Of a stretch of 64,000 bases of DNA, positions 40,883 to 49,604 are shown piece after piece. Origin of the DNA: Candidatus Peribacteria bacterium (lineage in GTDB: Bacteria > Patescibacteriota > Gracilibacteria > UBA1369 > UBA12463); the NCBI GenBank assembly GCA_943355055.1, contig CALREA010000003.1, positions 11,343-75,342 of the forward strand. Reading direction: 5' to 3'. Below the pieces are notes generated by a model that had not been told where the DNA came from, ran no database searches, and worked only from the letters and a program-made list of their open reading frames with translations. The translations under genes and the position numbers were made by a program. Every line of letters begins with the position of its first letter. Position 1 is the first letter of the stretch.

Positions 40883-41554
40883 ATGTATTTTCGTGCACAA
40901 ATCTGCATAACGAAAGAGGATATCATGTCTGAATTTCAGCTCAATTCGCAGGCTGCTCAGGCACGGATCAAACGTGCCTTCAAGAGCGGTTCGCTTTTAC
41001 CCCTCAGAAAAGGTTTGTATCTTACCTCCGCCTCCTATAATCACGAGTCGAATAGGGTTGAATTGGCTGAGTTTGTAGCCTCGAAGCTTCGAAGTCCTTC
41101 GTACATCAGTTTAGAATATGTACTTGAACGGTCTCATCTGCTTCCACCTCGATCTGTTTTATCAGTTACTTCCATCACCGATGACCAGACCTCTACTTTT
41201 GAAAATTTTTTAGGAAATTTCGTTTATAGAAATATCAAGCCAAGTTGTTACTTTGGTTTTGAAGAGGTGAAGTTTCGTGATCAGGTTTATCATGTTGCCA
41301 CCAAGGCCAAAGCACTATTTGATTATCTCTATCTTAGGCCTGAATTTGGTTCTCGTAGTGAAAAATATCTTCGCATACAACTTTTTAAAAAGTCATCACT
41401 TCAATGGGAAAATTTTTCAGAAGGGGATTTTGAGCAGTTCGAATCCTATGTTTGGAAATCAAACTCTTTCAAAATGATGCGCCTGCGTCGGGTGGTTGGA
41501 GCGTATTTTGAAGGAAAAAAGTTTGATGCGTGGAGAAAACAACTATTGGCGTGA
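40883..41554 (+). CDS. AbiEi-like (type IV TA antitoxin) regulator
   Basis: L.PLRKGLY, PSYISLEY.L, VTSIT, YFGF, AT..KALFDYLY. Confidence 0.75.
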   Translation: MYFRAQICITKEDIMSEFQLNSQAAQARIKRAFKSGSLLPLRKGLYLTSASYNHESNRVELAEFVASKLRSPSYISLEYVLERSHLLPPRSVLSVTSITDDQTSTFENFLGNFVYRNIKPSCYFGFEEVKFRDQVYHVATKAKALFDYLYLRPEFGSRSEKYLRIQLFKKSSLQWENFSEGDFEQFESYVWKSNSFKMMRLRRVVGAYFEGKKFDAWRKQLLA

Positions 41555-42322
41555 TATTTTTTTATATGGAAACACTGCTACGGCGTTCCAGATGCGTTTC
41601 CAGCGTTTTGGCTCTTTGGTGAGGCGGTAGAGCCATTCGAGGCCGAGGTTTTGGAGGAAGATGGGGGCGCGTTTGATGGAGCCGGAGATGTAATCAAATG
41701 TTCCACCTATGCCGATAGCGACTTTTATAGTGGGCATTTTGTGAATGTTGCGGGCGATCCATTTTTCTTGAGCAGGGGCGCCATACGCGACGAAAAGCAT
41801 GTCAGGATTGGTGTCGTTGATGATGTCTTTTATTTTTTCTTCTTCGTGCATTGATGGGGATCCTGCGTGAGTGCCGACGATACTGATCGTTGGAAATCTT
41901 TTTTCCAGTTCGTGCTTCGTCTTGTGAGCTACTCCGGGTTGTGCGCCTAGGAGAAATATTTTTGTGCCTTTTTTGGCTGCACGTTCTGCTATATCGAGTA
42001 TGAGATCAGAACCTTTTATGAGTTCAGGTAGGGGAGTGGTTGGTTTTTTGAAGAGGAGCTTGACGAGCTTGAGGATGGATATAATTTTGGAGTCGTTTTG
42101 TGTATTGGCAGCCCAGAGTAGTCCTGTTCCATCGGCAGTGTTGATGGTGGATGTATTGAGAATTTCCATGAATTCTTTGTCGTTTTGTGCAGCGAGAATC
42201 ATTTCAGGGTTTACCGTTATAATATGCATTTGATCTTTATTCGCACGAAAAATCACATCTAATAATTCAGATTTTGTGAATGCATCAACCGGTATGCCCA
42301 TGATGGTTATCCTTTTTTGCAT
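41543..42322 (-). CDS. WecB/TagA/CpsF glycosyltransferase
   Basis: TVNPE, ADGTG, GSDL, VAYGAPAQE.WI, GIGGTFD, RAP....GLEWLYR. Confidence 0.93.
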   Translation of the reverse strand: MQKRITIMGIPVDAFTKSELLDVIFRANKDQMHIITVNPEMILAAQNDKEFMEILNTSTINTADGTGLLWAANTQNDSKIISILKLVKLLFKKPTTPLPELIKGSDLILDIAERAAKKGTKIFLLGAQPGVAHKTKHELEKRFPTISIVGTHAGSPSMHEEEKIKDIINDTNPDMLFVAYGAPAQEKWIARNIHKMPTIKVAIGIGGTFDYISGSIKRAPIFLQNLGLEWLYRLTKEPKRWKRIWNAVAVFPYKKISRQ

Positions 42323-42972
42323 ATGACGATGATATTGTGATGGGAGAAAAATATTTTTTCTATAGTGAGTTTTTTGGCTACTAGTCTACGTAATTCCGAT
42401 TTGGTGAAAGCATGATAGTATCGTTCGAGTTTGTTATTCCATCCGATGAAGAGATCATTCCATTCATGTGGACCACAAAGAATTTTTGAGAGAATTGCTT
42501 TTAGTATTGATGAGATATACTTTTTTTGCCAGAGATTCCAAACGGATATGATGATTGTTCCGTTGGGTTTCGTGATGCGGATGAGTTCATTTATGGCTTT
42601 TTCTCGTAGTTCATTTGAGGGGATGTGAGGAAGTGTAGCGATGCAAAATGTAACGTCGGTTGAGTTGGATGGTAGGGGAATTTCGAGGAGAGATCCTTCG
42701 ATGAACGTTTTGGTTGGGTGAAGTTTTTTGGCTTCCGAGAGGAGATTTTTACTGATGTCGACTCCCGTATAAGTGATGTCTTTTGGAAGACTTTCGATCA
42801 GTCGGCCGTTGCCGCAGCCTATGTCGGCTACTACAGCATGAGGTAGAATTTCGTTCTTGAAGGCTTCAAACTCGGCCCAAGGTGCTTTTCGGGTTTGGGA
42901 AAACTCAGAAGCGATTATGTCGTAATCCAGCTTTACTTTTTCTAAAATTTGTCGGGCAATTTCTGATTTCAT
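42307..42972 (-). CDS. class I SAM methyltransferase, Trm9/ALKBH8-MT-like
   Basis: Y..IA.EFSQTR..PW, DIGCGNGR, IATLPHI...R..AI.E..R, IISVWN, RYYHAF...EL. Confidence 0.8.
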   Translation of the reverse strand: MKSEIARQILEKVKLDYDIIASEFSQTRKAPWAEFEAFKNEILPHAVVADIGCGNGRLIESLPKDITYTGVDISKNLLSEAKKLHPTKTFIEGSLLEIPLPSNSTDVTFCIATLPHIPSNELREKAINELIRITKPNGTIIISVWNLWQKKYISSILKAILSKILCGPHEWNDLFIGWNNKLERYYHAFTKSELRRLVAKKLTIEKIFFSHHNIIVICKKG

Positions 42973-42992
42973 ATGGTAGAATGGGCTTCGCC

Positions 42993-44594
42993 ATGCATCA
43001 AATACCCATAAATCATACCCTGAAGGAGTTGGTCAGACAAGCGCTGAAATCGCCAGTGAAGGATCAAACGACTTTGCAGCAATTGAAGAATCTTTATTCG
43101 TCGAAGCATAAAGTTTCTACTCCGACGAACATGGAGCTGATTGAGGCGTACCGACATATGATCACCGACAAGGAAATTGTGGAGGATCGAGAATTTATGA
43201 AATTCTTGAGAAAGAGGGGAGTTCGATCGATGTCGGGAATTGTTTCTATTACGGTTATCACGAAAGCCTTCCCTTGCCCTGGAAAGTGCATTTTCTGCCC
43301 GACGGAGCCTGGAATGCCAAAGAGTTATCTCTCGAATGAGCCGGCGATTATGAGAGCCATCCTGAATGATTTTGGAGCATATCGACAAACGGTGAATCGT
43401 ATCGATAGTTTGAAACGAACCGGTCATGAAACGGACAAAGTTGAAATAATTGTCTCTGGAGGAACGTTTTCCTTTTATCCGCATGCCTACCAGACGGCTT
43501 TTACTAGGCAAATTTTTAATGCGTTAAATTATCCGTTGAAACCGGCAAGGAGTTTACTGAAGGCACAACAGCTCAATGAAAAAGCAGAAAATAGATGTGT
43601 CGGTTTGTCTTTTGAGACGCGGCCGGATCACATAACGGAGTTGGAAGTGAAGCGCCTCGCTACGCTCGGCGCCACTAAAATCGAGATCGGTATTCAGTGT
43701 CTGGACGACGAGATCTACGCCCTCAACCAGCGAGGCCACACGATCGCCGATGTGGCCAGATGTATGCAGCTTCTCAAAGATGGCTGTTTCAAGGTCAACG
43801 CCCACATGATGCCAAATCTCTATGGCTCCACCCCTGAGCGCGATTACGAAATGACGAAGGAGTTATTTGATAATCCGGCCTTTCGACCTGACTGGATGAA
43901 GATTTATCCGACGATGGTTGTGCCGTGGTCTGTCCTGGAAAAGATGCACAAACGTGGCGAGTTCAAGGCGTATTCTGATGAGGTGTTGATTGACTTGATG
44001 TGTAAAATTAAACCGCTTATTCCTGAATATGTTCGTGTAACCCGCTTGTACCGCGATATTCCTGCACCGACGATTGTTGACGGATCCAAGATTTCTAATT
44101 TGCGACAAGTAGTCCAGGAAGAAATGAAACGACGCGGACTTCCATCGTGCCGATGTATCCGTTGCCGAGAAGTGCGTGATACGGTGGTCGACCCAAAAGA
44201 CCTGCGTATGCGCGTAACCGAGTATGACGCCTCGAACGGCAGAGAGTATTTCATTCAGTGGGAAGATCCTGTTTCTGATAAGATTTGTGCGTTCATCAGA
44301 CTCAGATTCCCATCGCAGTATTTCACCGGCAAGAAACATTTCATCAAAGAGCTCCAAGATTGCGCCCTCATTCGCGAGCTTCACGTCTATGGCATGCAGA
44401 TTCCGCTCAACGATAGGGAAGAGGGCTCGCAACAGCACTTTGGCCTGGGTAAGACGCTTCTCGTGAAGGCCGAGGAGATCTCCCGTGCTGCCGGATTCAA
44501 GAAAATGGCTATTATTAGCGGTGTTGGAGTGCGTGAATACTACCGTAAAACCGGATACCAGCTTGATGGGACGTATATGGTGAAGGGGATTTAG
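42993..44594 (+). CDS. elp3: tRNA uridine(34) acetyltransferase Elp3 (radical SAM + KAT)
   Basis: CPGKCIFCP, PKSY..EPA, KVE.I..GGTF, ETRPD, KIYPT, CRCIRCREV, IRELHVYG, QH.GLG, ISGVGVREYYRK.GY. Confidence 0.95.
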   Translation: MHQIPINHTLKELVRQALKSPVKDQTTLQQLKNLYSSKHKVSTPTNMELIEAYRHMITDKEIVEDREFMKFLRKRGVRSMSGIVSITVITKAFPCPGKCIFCPTEPGMPKSYLSNEPAIMRAILNDFGAYRQTVNRIDSLKRTGHETDKVEIIVSGGTFSFYPHAYQTAFTRQIFNALNYPLKPARSLLKAQQLNEKAENRCVGLSFETRPDHITELEVKRLATLGATKIEIGIQCLDDEIYALNQRGHTIADVARCMQLLKDGCFKVNAHMMPNLYGSTPERDYEMTKELFDNPAFRPDWMKIYPTMVVPWSVLEKMHKRGEFKAYSDEVLIDLMCKIKPLIPEYVRVTRLYRDIPAPTIVDGSKISNLRQVVQEEMKRRGLPSCRCIRCREVRDTVVDPKDLRMRVTEYDASNGREYFIQWEDPVSDKICAFIRLRFPSQYFTGKKHFIKELQDCALIRELHVYGMQIPLNDREEGSQQHFGLGKTLLVKAEEISRAAGFKKMAIISGVGVREYYRKTGYQLDGTYMVKGI

Positions 44595-44604
44595 CTTTGA
44601 GCAA

Positions 44605-44633
44605 TTGACTTATATCTATAGATATATTATAAT
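44605..44633 (+). promoter_or_regulatory. sigma70-type promoter with palindromic spacer
   Basis: TTGACT-N17-TATAAT; spacer holds perfect 16-bp palindrome TATATCTATAGATATA. Confidence 0.65.
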
Positions 44634-44662
44634 GTGTGTATTATTGTTTTAACGCTATACGT

Positions 44663-44911
44663 ATGGCTCCTGATGCTTCCGCGGATGATATTATCGATTC
44701 TTTGGATGGTTGCGTGTCGGCACATATTTCCGTTAATGACGGGGAGGTTATTGATATCCTTGATTCCATTAATCTTACCTCTGAGCAATTGAAGCAGATA
44801 TTGCAAATTTGTAATAAGGGATTCCAAATATCTCTATCTGAAAGAATGCCCTCGGATTCGTACCAAGCCATTATTGACTATATTCGTGAACGTTTATCTC
44901 GATGTTCCTGA
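44663..44911 (+). CDS. small acidic hypothetical protein
   Basis: First ATG downstream of the promoter; ends 6 nt before the kinase gene. Confidence 0.5.
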   Translation: MAPDASADDIIDSLDGCVSAHISVNDGEVIDILDSINLTSEQLKQILQICNKGFQISLSERMPSDSYQAIIDYIRERLSRCS

Positions 44912-44917
44912 TTATAT

Positions 44918-45952
44918 ATGTTACGCATTCAAACACCCCCATTACTTTTAGAGGATTCACTGGCGGGCGTGTCTGTGCCTTCTGATGATATCCATACCGT
45001 TCTTGAAATTGAGGGAATAACTCCGAGAGTAGGGGAGAGTGTTTTTTATGCGGCGGATCATGTTCCTGATGGCTATGAACCGATTGTCACTCATATGCGC
45101 GATAGAGTCGCTGATATTCTTGATAGAATGGGCTTTTTTGTTTTTACACAGCCCCAAGCTAGCACCATGAAGTCCGGAGCTTGGAAGCCTCTTACCGATC
45201 CGAGCCTTGTTTTTAAACATACCAAAGGTTTCATCCCTAGACGTTTCGATGTACCTGATCATCCCAATTTGGTCGCTGAGAGAATTTTTCCACTTTATGA
45301 CATATATGGAAATAATCTCCCCGAAGCTCTTACGGTCGCCCCTTCTCATTACGGTATACAAACGTTAGATGAGGTCGGGCATAATCTTTCATTGCCATAT
45401 CGATTAAAGGTATTGCTTGATGCGCTTCGTGGCAGTCATGCTGCTCTTTTTCCTCAATCCATTCATCACTCAGATGTTAAACCGGCTAATATCTTTGCTG
45501 TTAAAAATTCCCATGGAGCAAGCGGTAAACTTTTTGATTTTGAAGGGGTAGGGCTTAATGCTGTTAAATCCGCACTTTATAGCCCATCAGCATATTTCGG
45601 AAAATACACTACTCGTTTGCATGTCGGGCATGATGTATTTTCCTATGGTATTTCAATTCTTGAAATTCTCACTTCCGATGATATTGTCATTCATTTCCAT
45701 AACGCATGGCAGAAGAGAAGGGGAATGATCGATCGTATTACGCCACCATCTGTTTCTTCTTCTCAAATGCTCGAGTTGTATTTTCGAGGATTTTCTCATT
45801 TGTTTGCCGATCATTGCCAACGTAATGCAATTCCTAAGCAGGTGGAAATTGTTATTCTTGAAATGCTTGATCCTCGCTTGGGGGATGTGATTAACGTCGC
45901 TTCCATCATTCGCCGTATAGAGTCGATATATCAACTCAAGAAACTTATCTAA
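44918..45952 (+). CDS. divergent Hanks-type Ser/Thr protein kinase-like protein
   Basis: IHHSDVKPANIF catalytic loop, KLFDFE, DVFSYGISILE, VFK lysine. Confidence 0.72.
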   Translation: MLRIQTPPLLLEDSLAGVSVPSDDIHTVLEIEGITPRVGESVFYAADHVPDGYEPIVTHMRDRVADILDRMGFFVFTQPQASTMKSGAWKPLTDPSLVFKHTKGFIPRRFDVPDHPNLVAERIFPLYDIYGNNLPEALTVAPSHYGIQTLDEVGHNLSLPYRLKVLLDALRGSHAALFPQSIHHSDVKPANIFAVKNSHGASGKLFDFEGVGLNAVKSALYSPSAYFGKYTTRLHVGHDVFSYGISILEILTSDDIVIHFHNAWQKRRGMIDRITPPSVSSSQMLELYFRGFSHLFADHCQRNAIPKQVEIVILEMLDPRLGDVINVASIIRRIESIYQLKKLI

Positions 45953-46295
45953 AGCTACCAGCTTTGATTCAGCTTTGCAGCTTTGGAGGTATTACTTTGT
46001 ACAATGTATCTTGTGCAAAGTATTGTGGTTCCGAATAGTCGAATCGGTGTTGACGGATGCGTATAAGTGTTAATAACGTTCCGGGTGCCAATGTATACAT
46101 GTATAGCAACGGTATAATAAAATATACACAGGTGCTCTGGTATGATTATGACTTCGAATATATTACCTCTTCATTCGACCTATGCTCCTCTCCCCTGCTC
46201 TATCATCCCTGAAAAATGGCTCTGGGACTGTAAAAATGGCAAAACTGCCTCTAGGATGCGCTGGAATTGAAAAGATGAGTTATAGGACGTTTTGC

Positions 46296-46712
46296 TCATA
46301 AACTGCCAAGCTTTTTTGCCACATCTTCATCAATATAACTTCCTAATGCTTTTATTCTTTGCCTAATGTCTATAATTGTCGTCGCGAAGCGGGGTGCTCC
46401 AGATAGACCACTACATGTTTTTTTGATTCCCATGCCGTGTGTGTGAATTTCGAGTAATTTGCTGTTTACTTTTGGACGGAGATTTATTGCATCTTGTATG
46501 GCGCTTGTGGCGCCAACTCTTGCCATGTCGATATACGCACTTGCTCCACTGAGCATGGCCTGTCCATCGTAGAGTGCTTTTTCAAATTCAGAGGCTTTGG
46601 TTTCACATGTATTACCCGATATTTTTGTTACCTGTGGGGATGAGCAATTTGTTCCTGACAATACCGATAGTGATATGGCTAAAGGGGCTAATGTTTGGCT
46701 AATGCTTTTCAT
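46296..46712 (-). CDS. hypothetical secreted protein or lipoprotein
   Basis: Signal-like N-terminus ending GTNC; helical body. Confidence 0.6.
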   Translation of the reverse strand: MKSISQTLAPLAISLSVLSGTNCSSPQVTKISGNTCETKASEFEKALYDGQAMLSGASAYIDMARVGATSAIQDAINLRPKVNSKLLEIHTHGMGIKKTCSGLSGAPRFATTIIDIRQRIKALGSYIDEDVAKKLGSL

Positions 46713-46740
46713 AAGTGAGGGTGATATTTTTTAGATCGTT

Positions 46741-46768
46741 ATTTTACTCTTTTTTTGCTGCTTGTCAA
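46741..46768 (-). promoter_or_regulatory. sigma70-type promoter for 46296-46712
   Basis: TTGACA-N16-TAAAAT on the minus strand. Confidence 0.55.
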
Positions 46769-46770
46769 TA

Positions 46771-48816
46771 CTAGTCGTTGATGTACACGGCCTCGAGCTT
46801 GTCGAGTTTAGCTTTGAGGAGAGGAAAATTTGAGAGATTTGAGTCGTTTTCTATGAGCTTGATGGCGTATTGGCGGGCTTTGGAGATGGTGTGAGCGTCG
46901 GTGAGGGAGGCCATTTTGAGGTCTGGAATGCCGGATTGGCGTACGCCGTAGAGTTCGCCGGGACCACGCATCTCGAGATCGATCTCGGCGAGGGCGAAGC
47001 CACTGTGGTATTTGACCATAGCCGATAGGCGTTTAGTTGAGGTCTGGGATTCTTTATTGGTAAAAAGAAAGCAGTAGGATTGATGGTCGCTGCGTCCTAC
47101 GCGGCCGCGGAATTGGTGGAGCTGAGAAAGACCGAATCGTTCGGCTCCTTCAATAATCATAATAGTTGCATTTGGGACGTCGATGCCGACCTCGATGACC
47201 GATGTGGAGACGAGAAGGTGAATTTCATTATTTGAGAATCTTCCCATGATGTCATCTTTTTCTTCCTGTTTCATTTTGCCATGGAGGAATTCTACTTTCA
47301 GTTCGGGGAAGATGTGATTACTCAGTTCCTCGTAGGCTTCTGCTACGGAGCGGGCTTCTATTGTATCTGATTCGTCGATGAGTGGGCAGACTACGAATAC
47401 TTGTCGTCCTTTTTGTACCTGCTCACGTATCCAATTGTAGGCATCCTTACGCTTCTTTTCAGGTACGATGTGTGTTTCGATTGGTTTGCGACCTGGCGGG
47501 AGTTCGTCGATGACGGAAAGGTCTTGATCGCCGTAGAGGGTCATGGCGAGGGTGCGAGGGATGGGCGTTGCGGAGAGCGAGAGGAGGTGCGGACCGCCGT
47601 GGGATTTGAGCGTATCGCGCTGCTTCACTCCAAATCGATGCTGTTCGTCAATGATGGCGAGGCCGAGTTTTTTGAATCCGACGGCTTCCTGAATGAGGGA
47701 GTGGGTTCCAACCACTAGATCGCATGTACCTGTTTTGAGTTGAAGGATGATTTCTTCCTTTTGTTTTGTGGGTGTTGAGCCTAATACTTGCTGAATATTG
47801 ATACCGTACTGTACAAAAAATTTATACAATGTTTTATAGTGTTGTTTTGTGAGGATTTCTGTCGGTGCCATGATGGCTACTTGGTGTCCGTTTTTGATCA
47901 TAGAGAGGGCGGCGAGTCCGGCGATAACGGTTTTTCCGGAGCCAACATCTCCCTGAACTAATCGTGACATGGGGATGTCTTTTTCCAGGTCGTCGATGAT
48001 CTCGGTGAGGACTTTTGCTTGAGCATCAGTGAGCTGAAACGGGAGATTGCCGAGCATCTCCTGGAGGTATTCTTTGTTGATGCCAATCTTCTTGATCTTG
48101 CTCGCATCTGAGTGTTGCCAGAGCCACTTTTTGTGAATAGCCTTGAGCTGGAGGAGGAAGAGCTCATCGAAGGAGAGTCTCTTCTTGGCTGCCTCCAAAT
48201 CCTCTACCGTGTGCGGATAGTGCGCGAACTCAATCGCCTCTTTCAATGGAATGAGTTTTTCTTTTTCGCGAATTGGTTCCGGCAGGTAATCCTCTATTTG
48301 TTTCAAAAATTCATTCAGCACCGGTCGCATTTTTTCTCGAATCCATTTTGAATTAAGGCCTTCTGTCTCATGATATATTGGCACGATACGTCCGGTGTGG
48401 AGCTGCTCTTCTCGCTTATGCTCAACCGTCGGACTCGCAATTCCCAGTTTGCGCATATTCAATTTTGCCTTACCGCTCACAAAAACATGCATGCCAGATT
48501 TGAATTGATGCATGATGAATTTCTGATTAAACCAGACAAGCTCGATTCCGCCCGTGTCATCCGTAAGGAGGGCTTTGGTGAACTGACGGCCACCGGGAAG
48601 TTTTTTGGAGAAGAAGTTAGAGAGGGTGCCGGAAAAGGTTTGCAACTCCCCTTCTTTGGCATCGGAGATGGGAGTGATGCCTGAAGAATCCGTATAGGCA
48701 CGCGGAAAATAGTAGATGAAGTCCTCTACCGTCTTTACTCCAACACTTTGAAGGAGTTGTAGATGTTGAGTGTTGGTACCGAGGATGGATTTGAGAGGAG
48801 AGGAAAGAGTGTGCAT
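46771..48816 (-). CDS. recG: ATP-dependent DNA helicase RecG
   Basis: QGDVGSGKT, MAPTEIL, IDEQHRFG, SATPIPRTL, GLSQLHQ.RGRVGR. Confidence 0.97.
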   Translation of the reverse strand: MHTLSSPLKSILGTNTQHLQLLQSVGVKTVEDFIYYFPRAYTDSSGITPISDAKEGELQTFSGTLSNFFSKKLPGGRQFTKALLTDDTGGIELVWFNQKFIMHQFKSGMHVFVSGKAKLNMRKLGIASPTVEHKREEQLHTGRIVPIYHETEGLNSKWIREKMRPVLNEFLKQIEDYLPEPIREKEKLIPLKEAIEFAHYPHTVEDLEAAKKRLSFDELFLLQLKAIHKKWLWQHSDASKIKKIGINKEYLQEMLGNLPFQLTDAQAKVLTEIIDDLEKDIPMSRLVQGDVGSGKTVIAGLAALSMIKNGHQVAIMAPTEILTKQHYKTLYKFFVQYGINIQQVLGSTPTKQKEEIILQLKTGTCDLVVGTHSLIQEAVGFKKLGLAIIDEQHRFGVKQRDTLKSHGGPHLLSLSATPIPRTLAMTLYGDQDLSVIDELPPGRKPIETHIVPEKKRKDAYNWIREQVQKGRQVFVVCPLIDESDTIEARSVAEAYEELSNHIFPELKVEFLHGKMKQEEKDDIMGRFSNNEIHLLVSTSVIEVGIDVPNATIMIIEGAERFGLSQLHQFRGRVGRSDHQSYCFLFTNKESQTSTKRLSAMVKYHSGFALAEIDLEMRGPGELYGVRQSGIPDLKMASLTDAHTISKARQYAIKLIENDSNLSNFPLLKAKLDKLEAVYIND

Positions 48817-48824
48817 GATAGAAA

Positions 48825-49124
48825 TTATGTTGTGATCTCTACTTCCTTTCTTAAGCCATCAAGTAAAATTTGAAAATTATCAAGAAAGCCATGATTTCCT
48901 AAAATTATGTTCGGTTGTGATTCTGCAAAATATACTTCATCATCCCATTTAATACTTCTGAAGCCATTTTGATCTAATATATGACTGATTTTAATTTTGG
49001 ATGGATATACGATTATGCCTTTTGTGAGTATAAAATTTTTCCCATTTCTGAATAAGATACGGACAAGTGGACGATATATGTTTTTACCGTTACCGATTTC
49101 AAATTTTGAATATGCAAATTTCAT
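48825..49124 (-). pseudogene. retropepsin-like aspartyl protease lacking the catalytic D(S/T)G segment
   Basis: MKF.Y..., RPLV.I and ILG..GFLD.F flanks present but no DSG/DTG; only 99 aa. Confidence 0.55.
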
Positions 49125-49127
49125 TAT

Positions 49128-49289
49128 TTATCCGACAATATATCCCTTTGGAATTAATGCAAATGCAACTTTTCGCATATCCTCCTTCTTAACCTTTTCT
49201 CGTAATTTTGAAAATATTTTATCAGATGCGATAATTTTTTCATTTTTTTCTGCCACCCACTTGCCAGCATATTTTGCTTCGTATCTCAT
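49128..49289 (-). CDS. DUF5678-like small protein (53 aa, not in ORF track)
   Basis: Translates MRYEAKYAGKWVAEKNEKIIASDK...; KY.GKWVA motif; directly upstream of the protease-like ORF. Confidence 0.7.
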   Translation of the reverse strand: MRYEAKYAGKWVAEKNEKIIASDKIFSKLREKVKKEDMRKVAFALIPKGYIVG

Positions 49290-49385
49290 AGAAAATTTAT
49301 AAGAGGTTTTATTGTAGCTCCTTGTTGCGTGAATGTCGAATTTTTAGTGTCATCAATTTGTGGCAACACGCAAGGCAAGCAATCT

Positions 49386-49538
49386 TTAGTGCTTCTGTGG
49401 CTGCTTGATTTTGCTGGCTTTTTTCATACCTAACTTTGTCGCCTTTTTGGCTAGATATATCCCTTCTTTGTACTCGACGATTCGTTCTTTTTTTACGGCT
49501 TTGGTGGCTGCTTTTGAAAGCACTTTTTTTGAGGTCAT
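49386..49538 (-). CDS. small Lys-rich protein (50 aa, not in ORF track)
   Basis: MTSKKVLSKAATKAVKKERIVEYKEGIYLAKKATKLGMKKASKIKQPQKH; same strand as neighbours. Confidence 0.45.
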   Translation of the reverse strand: MTSKKVLSKAATKAVKKERIVEYKEGIYLAKKATKLGMKKASKIKQPQKH

Positions 49539-49604
49539 AATAGCTTATTGTTAATTATGAGTTCATGCTACTCCATTATTAATTTTTTGGCTAGTTTGAG
49601 GGCT

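Noticed and set aside
46142..46270. 42-codon ORF in the kinase-lipoprotein gap
   Set aside because: No motif or other support; cannot be distinguished from chance.
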